Below are positions 20,296 to 30,333 of a DNA stretch of 64,000 bases, one piece after another. The position numbers and the translations under genes were made by a program. The notes below the pieces were generated by a model. The model was not told the DNA's origin. It was given only the letters and a program-made list of their open reading frames with translations, and searched no databases. Within the stretch, counting starts at the first letter, position 1, and each line of letters starts with the position of its first letter. The DNA comes from an uncultured Gammaproteobacteria bacterium (GTDB taxonomy: Bacteria; Patescibacteriota; Patescibacteriia; UBA11705; DATKZF01), in NCBI GenBank assembly GCA_964411255.1, contig CAYPKD010000002.1, positions 34,100 through 98,099 on the forward strand, in the 5' to 3' direction.

Positions 20296-20418
20296 AAGCA
20301 GCCTTATTCTATAATAATCGCTTGGCTCAAAGCCTGGCGGTTTTTTGTTATTGACAGGTTAGGAATGATTTGATATAAATAAATATCGCAATTCTACGAC
20401 CAGCAAGGAGGACATAGA

Positions 20419-20697
20419 ATGCAGAAGTGGTATATTGTTATTATTAAGGATGAGGGTGAATTTGAGGTTGATTTCACTGAAGTAGATCCAAGAGATTTTT
20501 GTAAAGACGGTGAATTCGAATTGATTTCCAGCTGTGCTGTGCCTCCTTCAGCTATAGGATCTGTAGAGGCAATTTTTAAGTTAATGGAAACAATTGGGCT
20601 AGAGTCACCATTTGTGGATGACCTTTTCGCATGGTTTCGTGAAGTGGGCAACATAATCCTCGAAGCTGGCAGAAAGCTGCCACCTCGGGACGAGTAA
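20419..20697 (+). CDS. Cassette orphan protein
   Basis: Conserved head at 20351; terminator at about 20723-20752. Confidence 0.7.
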   Translation: MQKWYIVIIKDEGEFEVDFTEVDPRDFCKDGEFELISSCAVPPSAIGSVEAIFKLMETIGLESPFVDDLFAWFREVGNIILEAGRKLPPRDE

Positions 20698-20877
20698 TAT
20701 GCTCTAATTTTCTTTTCTCATAACTGCTCGACTCAAAGTCTGGGCGGTTTTTTATTAACGCCAGCCTTCACATAAAGTTATGGCTGGCAGGCAAAAACGC
20801 AAAAGATTTAATCCTTGACAGACAAAATTTAGTTTGATATAAATACATATTGCCAATGCCCAAAAAGGGGGTGTGAA

Positions 20878-21387
20878 ATGAGCGTCAATTTTCTAGACCT
20901 ATTGATTGTATTTTGTGAGCAGGCTAAGACAATAGATGAAATTGTAACAGAGTTAAAAAAGCATCTTACTGATGGTAAAAAAGCTGCCCAATTACTAATC
21001 GAAGATAGGATTCGTGGAGGGTATATACAAAAGGTTGTCATATCTGAAGGTGAGAGATTTGAGCTTACACAAGCTGGACGTGATGAATTGGAAAAGATTA
21101 AATTAGGTAAACCTGATGAGATTGATAGGCTCACTATGGAAGATGCAATGATTTTCATTTGTGAACAAGCTAGAACAATAGAAGAAATTGCGACAAAATT
21201 TGAAGGGTTTGTTTGTGTTAGTAAAGAAAGTATGAGAAAAGAAATAGTCCCTGCCTTAATTGCATTTAATACTGATAGGAGGGGTTATATGCAAAAGGTC
21301 GATACATCTGATGGTGAGAAGTATGGGCTTACAAAAAAAGGAATTATTTTTATGAAAAGGCTAAAATCATCTAAGCGAACTCCTTAA
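20878..21387 (+). CDS. Cassette protein with a duplicated winged-HTH-like domain
   Basis: 'FCEQAKTIDEI...RGGYIQKVVISEGERFELTQAG' and 'ICEQARTIEEI...RRGYMQKVDTSDGEKYGLTKKG'. Confidence 0.7.
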   Translation: MSVNFLDLLIVFCEQAKTIDEIVTELKKHLTDGKKAAQLLIEDRIRGGYIQKVVISEGERFELTQAGRDELEKIKLGKPDEIDRLTMEDAMIFICEQARTIEEIATKFEGFVCVSKESMRKEIVPALIAFNTDRRGYMQKVDTSDGEKYGLTKKGIIFMKRLKSSKRTP

Positions 21388-21493
21388 TCGTGCATGACTC
21401 TCTTAAAGTAAATTATAGACAACCCGCTTAGGAAAAATTTCTGGGCGGTTTTTTATTTTAAAAAATAAAAAAACGGCCTGGCGGCCGCTTTTA

Positions 21494-21712
21494 TTATAAT
21501 TGGATTTCAAATTTATCAACGCCTTTTTCCTTTAGCTTCTCAAAAACTTCACCCATTGGCATGTTCATAAAATCTTCTAAGCTGGTGTCTTCAGAAATAA
21601 TCCCTGTTTCTTTGGCAGATTTGTACGCAGCTTTATACATAAGCTGACTTGCCATTTCTTCATTAGGACTGCCAAGCTCCCTGTCTTTTGGAATAAATTT
21701 TTCTTCTGTCAT
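21494..21712 (-). CDS. Hypothetical protein
   Basis: Last gene of the minus-strand run. Confidence 0.6.
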   Translation of the reverse strand: MTEEKFIPKDRELGSPNEEMASQLMYKAAYKSAKETGIISEDTSLEDFMNMPMGEVFEKLKEKGVDKFEIQL

Positions 21713-21716
21713 ATTT

Positions 21717-22265
21717 TTATTTAAATTTAATTGAGCTCATGATTGTGTCAAATTGTTTTTCTATAGTCTCTGTATCTTCAGTGTCAGCTGCGCTGGACCA
21801 GAATCGTAAATGATTTTCATCATCTGAAAATGAATAGTGAAATTCATTGACAAAGCCCTCAGGATCGTCAATTGCTCTGCCTTTGTATTGAATAGTGAAT
21901 TTGATACCGTCAAGTTTATTCAGAGTAACATTTTCTGAAGAAATTATTTCACCGCAGGCATCAGTGTCTTTGCAAAGCATTTGAATATTATCTTTTTCCC
22001 ACTGGAGTAATTGAGCCTGATCTTTCTTTGCTCTTGGAGTAATCTGATAAACAATTTGATTAAATGATTGGCCATCTTTTGCCTTGACCAAGCCGCTTTC
22101 TGCAATATGTGGTGCAGGCAAAGTAAAACTAAAGTGAGTATTATTAAAAACGCTTTCTTTTTGTGTCTCTTCTTGTTGAATAGTATCAACTGGTTTTGTT
22201 TGTTGTTTGCAGCCGGTAATTACAAATGCCAGGCAAATAATTAGGATTGGAATTATTTTTTTCAT
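21717..22265 (-). CDS. Lipoprotein (PsbP-like fold possible)
   Basis: Lipobox 'ITGC'; 'FSFTLP'...'FDTIMSSIKF'. Confidence 0.7.
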   Translation of the reverse strand: MKKIIPILIICLAFVITGCKQQTKPVDTIQQEETQKESVFNNTHFSFTLPAPHIAESGLVKAKDGQSFNQIVYQITPRAKKDQAQLLQWEKDNIQMLCKDTDACGEIISSENVTLNKLDGIKFTIQYKGRAIDDPEGFVNEFHYSFSDDENHLRFWSSAADTEDTETIEKQFDTIMSSIKFK

Positions 22266-22281
22266 AAAGTTTATTGATTAT

Positions 22282-22743
22282 TTATGAAGCTAGTTTATAA
22301 ATGTAATAAATTATTGCAACAATGGCTGCAAGGGCAAGCAGGATTTTTATAAACGTGAAACTACCACCGACTTTGATAGGTTTTGGCTTGTCATTTAGAA
22401 AAGGCTGCGATGGACTGTCTGGCTTTTGGCGATTTTTGCCAATTGTAACAAGAGGCGGCTTTTTCTGATCTATTTTGTTTCCATTTAATTGTATATCTAA
22501 TGGTTGGCCCTTGACTGAAGAACTTTTTATCTTTTTAAATTCTGCAACAACTTCATTCCAGTTGTTAAAGCTCTTGCCATTTATCTTTAGTTTTTTTACA
22601 TCAATATTTTCAATCACATCTGGAATATTATTTTGATTTTTATCTATAATGCGCTGAACGATTTTTGGCAGTCCGCCTAAGCTGCCAAAGACAAGCTCTT
22701 TTGGATCTGAATTGTCTGGTTTTTGATTTAGAGGTTGATCCAT
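22282..22743 (-). CDS. C-terminally anchored hypothetical protein
   Basis: C-terminal TM; 'DKNQNNIPD' EF-like loop. Confidence 0.6.
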   Translation of the reverse strand: MDQPLNQKPDNSDPKELVFGSLGGLPKIVQRIIDKNQNNIPDVIENIDVKKLKINGKSFNNWNEVVAEFKKIKSSSVKGQPLDIQLNGNKIDQKKPPLVTIGKNRQKPDSPSQPFLNDKPKPIKVGGSFTFIKILLALAAIVAIIYYIYKLAS

Positions 22744-22758
22744 ATTTTTCTATGTTAT

Positions 22759-23469
22759 TTATTTTAAACAAGACATTATTGTTTCTCTGGCAATTCTATC
22801 ATGGAATTTAATATTTTTAAATCCAATTTTTTTCATTTCAGCAGCAGATTCATTTTCTTTCATAATAATATCTGGATGACGGTCTTCTTGCTCATGTTTT
22901 ATTGCTGTTTCTGCCACTTTTTTATTTGAAATTGATTTTAATCTGGAAACAGCTTCATCAAATGATTTTTGTTCTTTCTCAGGATCATCATAAACATATT
23001 TATCCATATTAACAAAAATTCCATTTGATTTTAAAATTCTATAAATTTTTTTTAATAATTCTTTGCGTTCAGTTTTAGTGAAATTGTGAATTGTCCAAAA
23101 AGAGGTGACTGCAGTAAAGCTTGAGGATTCCAAGGTTTTTATATATTTAAATATGTCTTCACAGACTGGTATTACATTTTTACTTTTAATATATTGTTTT
23201 AAATTTTTTTTTAGTCTTTTTATCATTCTCTTATCATTATCAACTGCAAATATCGTAATCGATTGGTTTTTTTCTAATATATACCTTAATTCTTCACCAG
23301 TCCCGCTGCCAATATCAATTATTTGTAAATCTTTTTCCTGAGCAATATGATTATTTACAATTTCTGCTGCCTTTTTTTTCAATTTTGAAATTTGAGGATA
23401 AGCTTCAAGCACTAAATCATATTCCTCAAGCATTTCATCCGGATATATTTCATCTTTTATATTGACCAT
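22759..23469 (-). CDS. Class I SAM-dependent methyltransferase
   Basis: 'IIDIGSGTG', 'AVDND', 'IYRILKSNGIFVNMD'. Confidence 0.85.
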   Translation of the reverse strand: MVNIKDEIYPDEMLEEYDLVLEAYPQISKLKKKAAEIVNNHIAQEKDLQIIDIGSGTGEELRYILEKNQSITIFAVDNDKRMIKRLKKNLKQYIKSKNVIPVCEDIFKYIKTLESSSFTAVTSFWTIHNFTKTERKELLKKIYRILKSNGIFVNMDKYVYDDPEKEQKSFDEAVSRLKSISNKKVAETAIKHEQEDRHPDIIMKENESAAEMKKIGFKNIKFHDRIARETIMSCLK

Positions 23470-23472
23470 AAA

Positions 23473-23844
23473 TTACTTTTGAAACTTTTGTTCAATTCGC
23501 TGTTTTAATAATTGATATCTTTGAGCAGTTTTTGCTTGAATTGCTGATTGGCTGTTTAGAATTTCATCTCTTGATTTAATTTTATCTTGGCAAATTTTTG
23601 TATCTTTTGCAAATTGCATTTTTGTTAAATCAATTTTTTTTCCATCTGGCAGTTTATTCCAATAATGGTTTGTATGCTCACAATACAATATTTCACCATT
23701 AAAATAATGCTGAATAATTAAAGCAGTGACGGCGCACTGGCCGAGTGCGGGATTTTCAGCAGTCCATTGATCAGCCAGTTTTGGATAGCATGTGTCTTTA
23801 TCCCAGGATTGTTTGATTGCTTTTTCTACGTGTTTGATATCCAT
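23473..23844 (-). CDS. YunG-like protein
   Basis: 'W..DTCYP....W...NPALGQCAVTALI....GEI...HYWN...IDLT..QF'. Confidence 0.7.
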   Translation of the reverse strand: MDIKHVEKAIKQSWDKDTCYPKLADQWTAENPALGQCAVTALIIQHYFNGEILYCEHTNHYWNKLPDGKKIDLTKMQFAKDTKICQDKIKSRDEILNSQSAIQAKTAQRYQLLKQRIEQKFQK

Positions 23845-23927
23845 AATTATTGATTTATAATTGACAAATAATGGTGGTCTTTGGTAAGATAGCTTAAACA
23901 ATGGAAATCAACAATGGAGGATAAGCC

Positions 23928-24305
23928 ATGACACGAGATGAGCTGTTACAGGAAATCCACAAACATTTGCCTGTGTTGGCTAATGAGGGCTGCCAAATAC
24001 GGGAGCTCAAGGAAATTGCTCCAGGCATAATGGTTGCATTTGATGAGAGCGATGGTACATTTATTTACTATTTTGAAACATCTATTTATGGATTCAGAAC
24101 TGATCGGAATGCCCAAATGTGGGGTGCAAATGATCAAAGTGGGCAGCCAGAAGGATGCTCTGAAGGTATCCATGCCTTTGTTTGTGGAATTAATAGCCCT
24201 GACAACTGGTCAGATGTTGTTTTCGAAGCGAAAAATAGGCTGATAACAAAAGAGGGTGAGTATATTAACTGGCATAAAAAACCTGTTGAAATATCTCTTC
24301 AATAA
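23928..24305 (+). CDS. Hypothetical protein; monocistronic cassette
   Basis: TTGACA at 23861, SD GGAGG, terminator ccttctca..tgagaagg-T6. Confidence 0.7.
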   Translation: MTRDELLQEIHKHLPVLANEGCQIRELKEIAPGIMVAFDESDGTFIYYFETSIYGFRTDRNAQMWGANDQSGQPEGCSEGIHAFVCGINSPDNWSDVVFEAKNRLITKEGEYINWHKKPVEISLQ

Positions 24306-24355
24306 AGTGGCTTAAAGCTTTTTGTAGGCCTTCTCAAAACAATGAGAAGGTTTTT

Positions 24356-24751
24356 TTATTCATTCCTAAAAGTCTCAACAATCTTAGGAAATCCTTCCCA
24401 AGGCATTCCTTCCCATAATGCAAAACTTACTGCGTTTTGAGAAACATTTATTTGAAGTGAAGGGGTTACGTCCTGAACAAATTCACCAGTTTCGTCTGTT
24501 TTTACAATATGGACAATTGTTTTTTGAGGATTCTCTGGATCTGCTGTTTCATTTACTCCATAATCTTGCGGGTGTTTAAAGCTAAAGCCTTTGTTGCTTT
24601 TATATTCAATCCAGTTTTCAAGATCAGTATATTCTGTCAATGGCATAGTGTCAGCAGGCTGCTGCGTTTTTTGCCAATAATAAACTCCGCCACCAGTAAT
24701 GATTGCAGTAATAATTACCGTTAGAATGATTTTAGATTTTGTTGATTTCAT
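24356..24751 (-). CDS. Membrane-anchored exported protein
   Basis: N-terminal TM 'GGGVYYWQ'; 'GFSFKHP'. Confidence 0.65.
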   Translation of the reverse strand: MKSTKSKIILTVIITAIITGGGVYYWQKTQQPADTMPLTEYTDLENWIEYKSNKGFSFKHPQDYGVNETADPENPQKTIVHIVKTDETGEFVQDVTPSLQINVSQNAVSFALWEGMPWEGFPKIVETFRNE

Positions 24752-24760
24752 AGGTATTGT

Positions 24761-25246
24761 TTATTTTTTATTTTTTTCAGAAATTAGTTTCATCGCATCA
24801 GGCGGAATAGATGACTCATAATGCACTTCATGGATTTCAGCTGCTTCAAAAGGATCAGGATTGTTTGGGTCAGCTTTCATCAAATAGTTGTGGGTGCGGG
24901 AAGGTGTAAGATATTGTGTGTCTATTTCTAAAACAACCAGATTGCCTTTTTTTGCTTTTTGCGTTTCTTCAGCTACGCCCATTGCAAAATCAATGTCATC
25001 TGATAAGGAGACAACTTCCCGGTCTTCAAGTATTAATTTGGACGGATCAAGGCCTTCTTTCAATATTTGCTGCGCGTTTTGCCGCGTGGTTACATGATAA
25101 AGTTTTTCCGGAAGAGGTTTTCGCCGTTTTTCAAAATAAGCTTCTTTTTCATCAATCTTTTTAAGCTGCTTTTTCATTGCTTCTGTGAATTCATCAATTG
25201 ATTTCATTAATTCCTCAGGATTTACTTGGGGTTGTTCTTTATTCAT
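24761..25246 (-). CDS. ADP-ribosyltransferase-fold protein (KptA/Tpt1-like)
   Basis: 'LYHVT......ILKEGL', 'VSLS', 'VVLEID', 'EVHYESSIPP'. Confidence 0.65.
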   Translation of the reverse strand: MNKEQPQVNPEELMKSIDEFTEAMKKQLKKIDEKEAYFEKRRKPLPEKLYHVTTRQNAQQILKEGLDPSKLILEDREVVSLSDDIDFAMGVAEETQKAKKGNLVVLEIDTQYLTPSRTHNYLMKADPNNPDPFEAAEIHEVHYESSIPPDAMKLISEKNKK

Positions 25247-25258
25247 AAAATTAAATTT

Positions 25259-25819
25259 TCATTCAAGCAGCAGCATTATTGCTTCATATTTTGGTTTGAT
25301 CATTTTTTTTGATTGTTCAAAATGCAATTGATTCCACTTGCGCTCCAATTTTTCTTTAACAGCAATTTTTGCAGACTCCCTTGATTTATGTCCTTCCCAG
25401 CAAAAAGCTGCCTGAAAAATTCCGGGGATATCATCAAAGCAGGCCAGTGTATCAGCTTCAGCAATAATTTTTTCTTCAATGCTTTCTCTAGTGCTATGTT
25501 GAGATCCGCGATGGTGCAGGATGCATCTTTTTATTAATTCAATTTTTTCAGCAGGATATTCAAGGTCTTTTAATTTTTGTTCTGCAATCTTTGCGCCAGT
25601 AAGATGATGATCTTTTCGGCCATGTCTGATTGATCCAATGTCATGCAGCCAGGCAGCTAATAAAACAATTTCTTTATCACCTCCTAACTCGTCTGTGAGT
25701 TTTTCTGAATATTTAGCCATTGGTATAAAATGATAAATGAAAGCATCATACCCATAAGTACTTTCCGGTTTTTTACATTCAGTTTTAACAAAATTTTTAA
25801 TTTCTTGGATAATATTCAT
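25259..25819 (-). CDS. HD-domain phosphohydrolase
   Basis: 'AAWLHDIG', 'HH..GA', 'ILHHR', 'AEAD'. Confidence 0.85.
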   Translation of the reverse strand: MNIIQEIKNFVKTECKKPESTYGYDAFIYHFIPMAKYSEKLTDELGGDKEIVLLAAWLHDIGSIRHGRKDHHLTGAKIAEQKLKDLEYPAEKIELIKRCILHHRGSQHSTRESIEEKIIAEADTLACFDDIPGIFQAAFCWEGHKSRESAKIAVKEKLERKWNQLHFEQSKKMIKPKYEAIMLLLE

Positions 25820-25825
25820 AAAAAT

Positions 25826-26314
25826 TTAAACCAGCGCAAATAAAATCATATGATTATGCCCAAATTTTTTAGCGCATCCTGGACAATATGCATAATGAAC
25901 ATAATATTTTTTTGCTTTTTTATTTTGCTTAGCTAAATATTCATCCATAACTTTAATATGCTTTGGCACAGAATTGTATGGGCCATCAAAAACTTTTGCA
26001 ATAAATGTACCAGAAAGAGCAGTGTTATTTGCTTCAGGCACATTGCCAGTGACAGAAAGGTAAATTTCAGATTTAAATGGAGATGGATCAGTGAATAATA
26101 CTAAAGTGTTTTCTAGGTTTTCATCCATCTTTTTTGCATCTTCAGCCAACTTGGTCATTTTGGTTAATCTTTTACCAATCATTGGTGGAAAGGGCATGTG
26201 AAATAGTGTTGGCACTGATTCTTTTATAAAAAGTTTGTTTTTCCAGTTGAATGTTTTTTCATCCCAGCGTTCTGGATGAAATTTCGGGCAGCATTCGTCA
26301 TTGTTGTTGTTCAT
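25826..26314 (-). CDS. Conserved 'hydrolase'/GyrI-like small protein
   Basis: 'CCPKF.PE.WD', 'VFDGPY', 'YAYCPGCAKKFGHN'. Confidence 0.65.
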   Translation of the reverse strand: MNNNNDECCPKFHPERWDEKTFNWKNKLFIKESVPTLFHMPFPPMIGKRLTKMTKLAEDAKKMDENLENTLVLFTDPSPFKSEIYLSVTGNVPEANNTALSGTFIAKVFDGPYNSVPKHIKVMDEYLAKQNKKAKKYYVHYAYCPGCAKKFGHNHMILFALV

Positions 26315-26349
26315 ATATTTTTTATTTTTGAGCTATATTCATAAATTAT

Positions 26350-26718
26350 TTAAGAGGAAAAATATTCTTTATAATAAGAAATTATTATATAACATTTTAC
26401 CGCCTCGCCTCTTTTTCGGGTACACTTTTCGCCTTCAATGCTATTGTAATCAGCGCAGCTGCCGCGAGTGGAATTTTTATCAGGGTACAGGCACAGTTTT
26501 TTAGTGCATTCATCATTATAGGTGCAGGCTTTGCCAGCGTCTTTAGCTTTAAATTCGCAATTACTGCTGAAGGAATGGGCGAATATTTTTCCGCCTCTTT
26601 GCACGCAAAAGTTGCATGAGGAATTATCGCAAAGCCATCCCTCTTTTTCAGATGATTGCAAAGAACAACCAGATAATAATATGATACTGATAAATAAGAA
26701 TAAAATTGTTTTTTTCAT
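26350..26718 (-). CDS. Cys-rich lipoprotein
   Basis: Lipobox 'LSGC'; many Cys. Confidence 0.65.
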   Translation of the reverse strand: MKKTILFLFISIILLSGCSLQSSEKEGWLCDNSSCNFCVQRGGKIFAHSFSSNCEFKAKDAGKACTYNDECTKKLCLYPDKNSTRGSCADYNSIEGEKCTRKRGEAVKCYIIISYYKEYFSS

Positions 26719-27014
26719 ATTTTTTTATTTTTAGGTTTAATAAAAACATAAACTGCTTTTTGATTTTGGTCCAGCCCTTCAACATCAACCAATTTAACTA
26801 CTATATCAACCTCATCTTTATATTTATCAATGTATTCTTTTATAATTTCTTCTTTTGTGCGAAATGGAATTGCAACAAATCGCGCGCCTTTAGTAAATTT
26901 GAATTTAGTCAGTGGTTCTTGAGTAACAAGGGTAAAGCCCTGCGCTTCCAGCTCTTTTTTTCTTTGTTCAAATGGAGATTCTTTTGCCCAAGGACTCTTT
27001 TCTTGTTTTGTCAT
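26715..27014 (-). CDS. Hypothetical protein
   Basis: Coupled to neighbour; normal composition. Confidence 0.6.
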   Translation of the reverse strand: MTKQEKSPWAKESPFEQRKKELEAQGFTLVTQEPLTKFKFTKGARFVAIPFRTKEEIIKEYIDKYKDEVDIVVKLVDVEGLDQNQKAVYVFIKPKNKKI

Positions 27015-27038
27015 AGTCCTTATATGAATAATTGATTT

Positions 27039-27419
27039 TTACTTTATTAATTCAAGCCTTTCCTCAAATTCTATTCTGCTTTGCTCTAAATTTTGTGGAT
27101 AGCTTACTAATTCTTCGCCAGTGAATTCATCGTAGTAATTTGTCCTTTCTCTCATACCAGCTTCATCAATAGATGGATCATCAATTAAAGAATATTCCTT
27201 GTATTTTGTTATACAGCTTTTTCTTTTTTTACTATAGTATGTTCCGAAAAATGAGTATGTTGCTTTGCTATCATTTTCTGCATTCATTTCCTCAATCCTG
27301 TTTTGTGCAATATTGATATATTCACTGCATTTTTTTTTAAGAGTCTGTTCTGATTCTGCGCAGCCTGAAAGGGTTAGTAGAGAGAGAATTATTATGGGGA
27401 AAGTGATTATTTTTTTCAT
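27039..27419 (-). CDS. Lipoprotein
   Basis: Lipobox 'LSGC'. Confidence 0.7.
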   Translation of the reverse strand: MKKIITFPIIILSLLTLSGCAESEQTLKKKCSEYINIAQNRIEEMNAENDSKATYSFFGTYYSKKRKSCITKYKEYSLIDDPSIDEAGMRERTNYYDEFTGEELVSYPQNLEQSRIEFEERLELIK

Positions 27420-27437
27420 ATGAGTATTTTATTTCAC

Positions 27438-28064
27438 TTATGATTTGGATGCGCTGCTTTTATTTTGCGTTTTGGTCTTTGGTACAAATTTACCATTTTT
27501 TATGTCAAAACGTTTAAATACAGATACTGTGCCTTCAATAACTTGATGCAAGCTTGATATAGCTTTTATAGCATCCTTGTGAGGATTTCTTCCACGGCCA
27601 TGAGCATACTTGTTTCGTAGTTTTGCAATTTTTGTAAATTGACTCTTAAGATCGTTTTCAATCACTTTAGTTGCAATTAATAGTTCTCTAACTGTTTCTA
27701 AGGGGATTTGTTCTAATTGCTTTCCTTGTTCTGCTGTGGGGGGGAGACCCATTTTACCTTTCCTAAATAGTATTGTAACTCTCAAAAGGTCTTGGGCAAT
27801 CCTTTCTGCGGTTATTCCGCACATAACAACACAAGAATAAAACTTTCCTTCTATATAAAGCTGTCTCGTCTCAAGTAGTATATTAGAATATCTCCCAGGA
27901 TGTGTCATTATAGCGGGGAGTTCTTTTGTTCTTTTTATAATATCATCAATATTTTTCTTAAATTCTTGTATTATGAACTCTTTATAATTTTCTTCTTCGC
28001 CTGGGATTTTTAATACATTTGGAGTTAGGTCTGTCCATACGTCGATTGTTTTTTTTCCTGGCAT
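27438..28064 (-). CDS. HEPN-like (DUF4145-type) protein
   Basis: 'Y..G.FYSCVVMCG.TAE' helix and Rx4H motif 'RNKYAH'. Confidence 0.65.
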   Translation of the reverse strand: MPGKKTIDVWTDLTPNVLKIPGEEENYKEFIIQEFKKNIDDIIKRTKELPAIMTHPGRYSNILLETRQLYIEGKFYSCVVMCGITAERIAQDLLRVTILFRKGKMGLPPTAEQGKQLEQIPLETVRELLIATKVIENDLKSQFTKIAKLRNKYAHGRGRNPHKDAIKAISSLHQVIEGTVSVFKRFDIKNGKFVPKTKTQNKSSASKS

Positions 28065-28069
28065 ATTTT

Positions 28070-28273
28070 TTATTTTTCAGTAAAACCCTTATTAATATAG
28101 TATTTTCTGAAAAAATCATCTGCGTCTTTTTTGGTTCCAAATTCATTTTTTGGAAAACCTACTTCTTGAACATCAATTTTACTGCCATTATTCAAATAAT
28201 TAAAGAGAGTACCAGCTGGTATCCATTTTTTTGATTTTTCTAATTGGTGAGATATTACTTTAAACTTTTTCAT
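28070..28273 (-). CDS. Small hypothetical protein
   Basis: Directly upstream of the HEPN gene. Confidence 0.55.
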   Translation of the reverse strand: MKKFKVISHQLEKSKKWIPAGTLFNYLNNGSKIDVQEVGFPKNEFGTKKDADDFFRKYYINKGFTEK

Positions 28274-28324
28274 ATTTTGGAGTTATTATTGATTGACAAA
28301 TGAAATATTTATAGTAAAATATAC

Positions 28325-28658
28325 TTGTCCCTTTGGGGCATTTATAATTAACTTTCAATTATATGAAAGCAATATTGAATGTCCCTGGCGCGTAACTTTT
28401 TTTAGAACTATGTCGCAGTGAGTGGCTGCGTTATAAACACTTTAAAACCATCGTTTCAATGAGGCTGCTAGCATCGGGGACAAAATATTCCTCACCTAAA
28501 GGAGGAAAGTAGCAGCGAATATGAAAAACTCTTGTATCAGCAGGAGCTGATAGTGATTTTCGTGGAGAAAACCACGTTAAAAATTTATCATTATCTGTAG
28601 TATTATTACGTAAGGCTTTGGGCAAAGGATCAGGCAGCTGATAATGCTTGGTTTTTTT
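28325..28658 (+). ncRNA. Candidate ~330-nt structured small RNA
   Basis: TTGACA(28293)-N16-TAAAAT upstream, several hairpins, terminal hairpin + T7, no substantial + strand ORF. Confidence 0.4.
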
Positions 28659-28825
28659 GTTATTTTATTTAAAAACGTTCAGAAAAAAGATCTATCAAGA
28701 ACCTTGGAATTTCAGCAAACCATTCATCTGGATAAAGCCATGCTATCACAAACCAACATAGTATTACGATTATGAGCATGATAATAATTGCAAGAATAGT
28801 TAATAGTGTCTCTGTTAGCTTTTTT

Positions 28826-29377
28826 TTAATTTTTATATTTTTTTTCATAAGATCTATTATTATAATCAATTTGGTTTGAGATGAAGTTTTTCATTTCCTG
28901 GAACTGAATGTTGTCTATTCTTACAGGCTTGACAATTTGCCAGAAAGAAAAAAATATTGATAATGATAATGTTACGATTGTAATATACAAAGTATATTTT
29001 GCAATAATAATTGCTTTGATTGCATGTTTGTTTGCTTTTTTTGAAAATTCTCTAGCTTCTTTTAATTCAAGGTAATCAAGATATTTGAATTTTGAATCAT
29101 AGCTTATAATATATTTAGTTTTTTCACTATAAAAATATGGATCTGATTTTATACAATAGAATGGAGTATCATAATTTGAATATTTGCCTACTCTTTGTTT
29201 TTCTTTATTGCTGTTTGCGTTGTCGAGATACATTTTTACTAAATCCTCTTCCCACTTAGTTAACATAAAATCGTCATTTTTCATGATCGTATCATACGTA
29301 AATCCATCTTTATATTTTTCACAAAATTTTAACAATCGAATATAAAAGTCAGATGTCTCTTTTGAGTTTTTTGTCAT
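28826..29377 (-). CDS. Hypothetical protein with C-terminal TM
   Basis: 183-aa ORF; 'YLDYLELKEAR...A...AI' then TM. Confidence 0.65.
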   Translation of the reverse strand: MTKNSKETSDFYIRLLKFCEKYKDGFTYDTIMKNDDFMLTKWEEDLVKMYLDNANSNKEKQRVGKYSNYDTPFYCIKSDPYFYSEKTKYIISYDSKFKYLDYLELKEAREFSKKANKHAIKAIIIAKYTLYITIVTLSLSIFFSFWQIVKPVRIDNIQFQEMKNFISNQIDYNNRSYEKKYKN

Positions 29378-29507
29378 ATTGATTTGATACTAAACTTCAC
29401 TTGAATTTTAGCAGGTTTAGGTTATATGATCAATTTTAAACGGCTTGACAACATAAAAATGGTTTGATATAAAGAAATGTCGCTAAAGTAGCGAAAGGAG
29501 GTGTGAC

Positions 29508-29735
29508 ATGAGAATTGAAAGTAAGATTGCCTTATGCTGGATAGCTCTTTTTATAGCATGGCTTTCATTAATCATTTCTGGTCATTATTTTAGTGGAGAG
29601 TTGGGAGTAAAGCTGGCTATAACGGGAATAATCTTCGCCGTTGTCTGGTTTATTTCAGGAGTTAGTATTCTCTTAATTAGCTTATCTAGAGCTAGGACAA
29701 ATCAAACATTTGATCCATTTAGCCAATCCGTTTAG
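29508..29735 (+). CDS. Cassette 2-TM protein
   Basis: Head at 29445, SD AAAGGAGGTG, terminator at 29727-29756. Confidence 0.7.
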   Translation: MRIESKIALCWIALFIAWLSLIISGHYFSGELGVKLAITGIIFAVVWFISGVSILLISLSRARTNQTFDPFSQSV

Positions 29736-29823
29736 GAAATATCCTGAGCGGTTTTTGATTCTTGACAGACTGAAAATAGTTTGATATAAATAAGTATCGC
29801 TAATACGGCGAAAGGAGGTTGGG

Positions 29824-30237
29824 ATGACAAAAAAAGTCAATTTAATACTTGAATTTGTCTGCCTGGTTATTGCTTTTATAATAACATTTGGTTTCTATGC
29901 AGCAGGGAGATTGATTTCAGCTCAAGAGGCATTTGATTTTGTGCCGCTTGCCTTCGGCTCGGTTGGCTTCATTTTTAGCTTTTGGGTTTGGAGCAAGATC
30001 TCTCAGATTTCAGAAAAAAATAATTCAGCAGATAGGTTGCAAGCGGGAGTGCCGCTTATTATTACTCTAAGCACTGCGGCTGGCATGCTGATCGGATTGG
30101 TCGCCTGCAGGGCGGCAATTAATATGGGAGCACATTTAGCAATTGGCATCATCCTGCCAGTAGCCGGGATTGTCTTGGGCATGGCCCTTGGATTGCGAAT
30201 TAGATCTATTCTGTTAAAAAAAAGTGTTAATCTATAA
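29824..30237 (+). CDS. Cassette 4-TM protein
   Basis: Head at 29762, SD AAAGGAGGT, terminator aagcactc..gagtgctt. Confidence 0.7.
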   Translation: MTKKVNLILEFVCLVIAFIITFGFYAAGRLISAQEAFDFVPLAFGSVGFIFSFWVWSKISQISEKNNSADRLQAGVPLIITLSTAAGMLIGLVACRAAINMGAHLAIGIILPVAGIVLGMALGLRIRSILLKKSVNL

Positions 30238-30333
30238 TTCAAGCACTCCATTGAGTGCTTTTTGTATTCTTGACACCCTGAAAATGGTTTGATATAAATA
30301 AATATCTCCAAGGCAGCGGAAAGGATGTGTGTT

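Noticed and set aside
28363-28395. tmRNA tag-like mini ORF (MKAILNVPGA)
   Set aside because: No tRNA-like acceptor or T-arm ends and no ALAA-type terminus.
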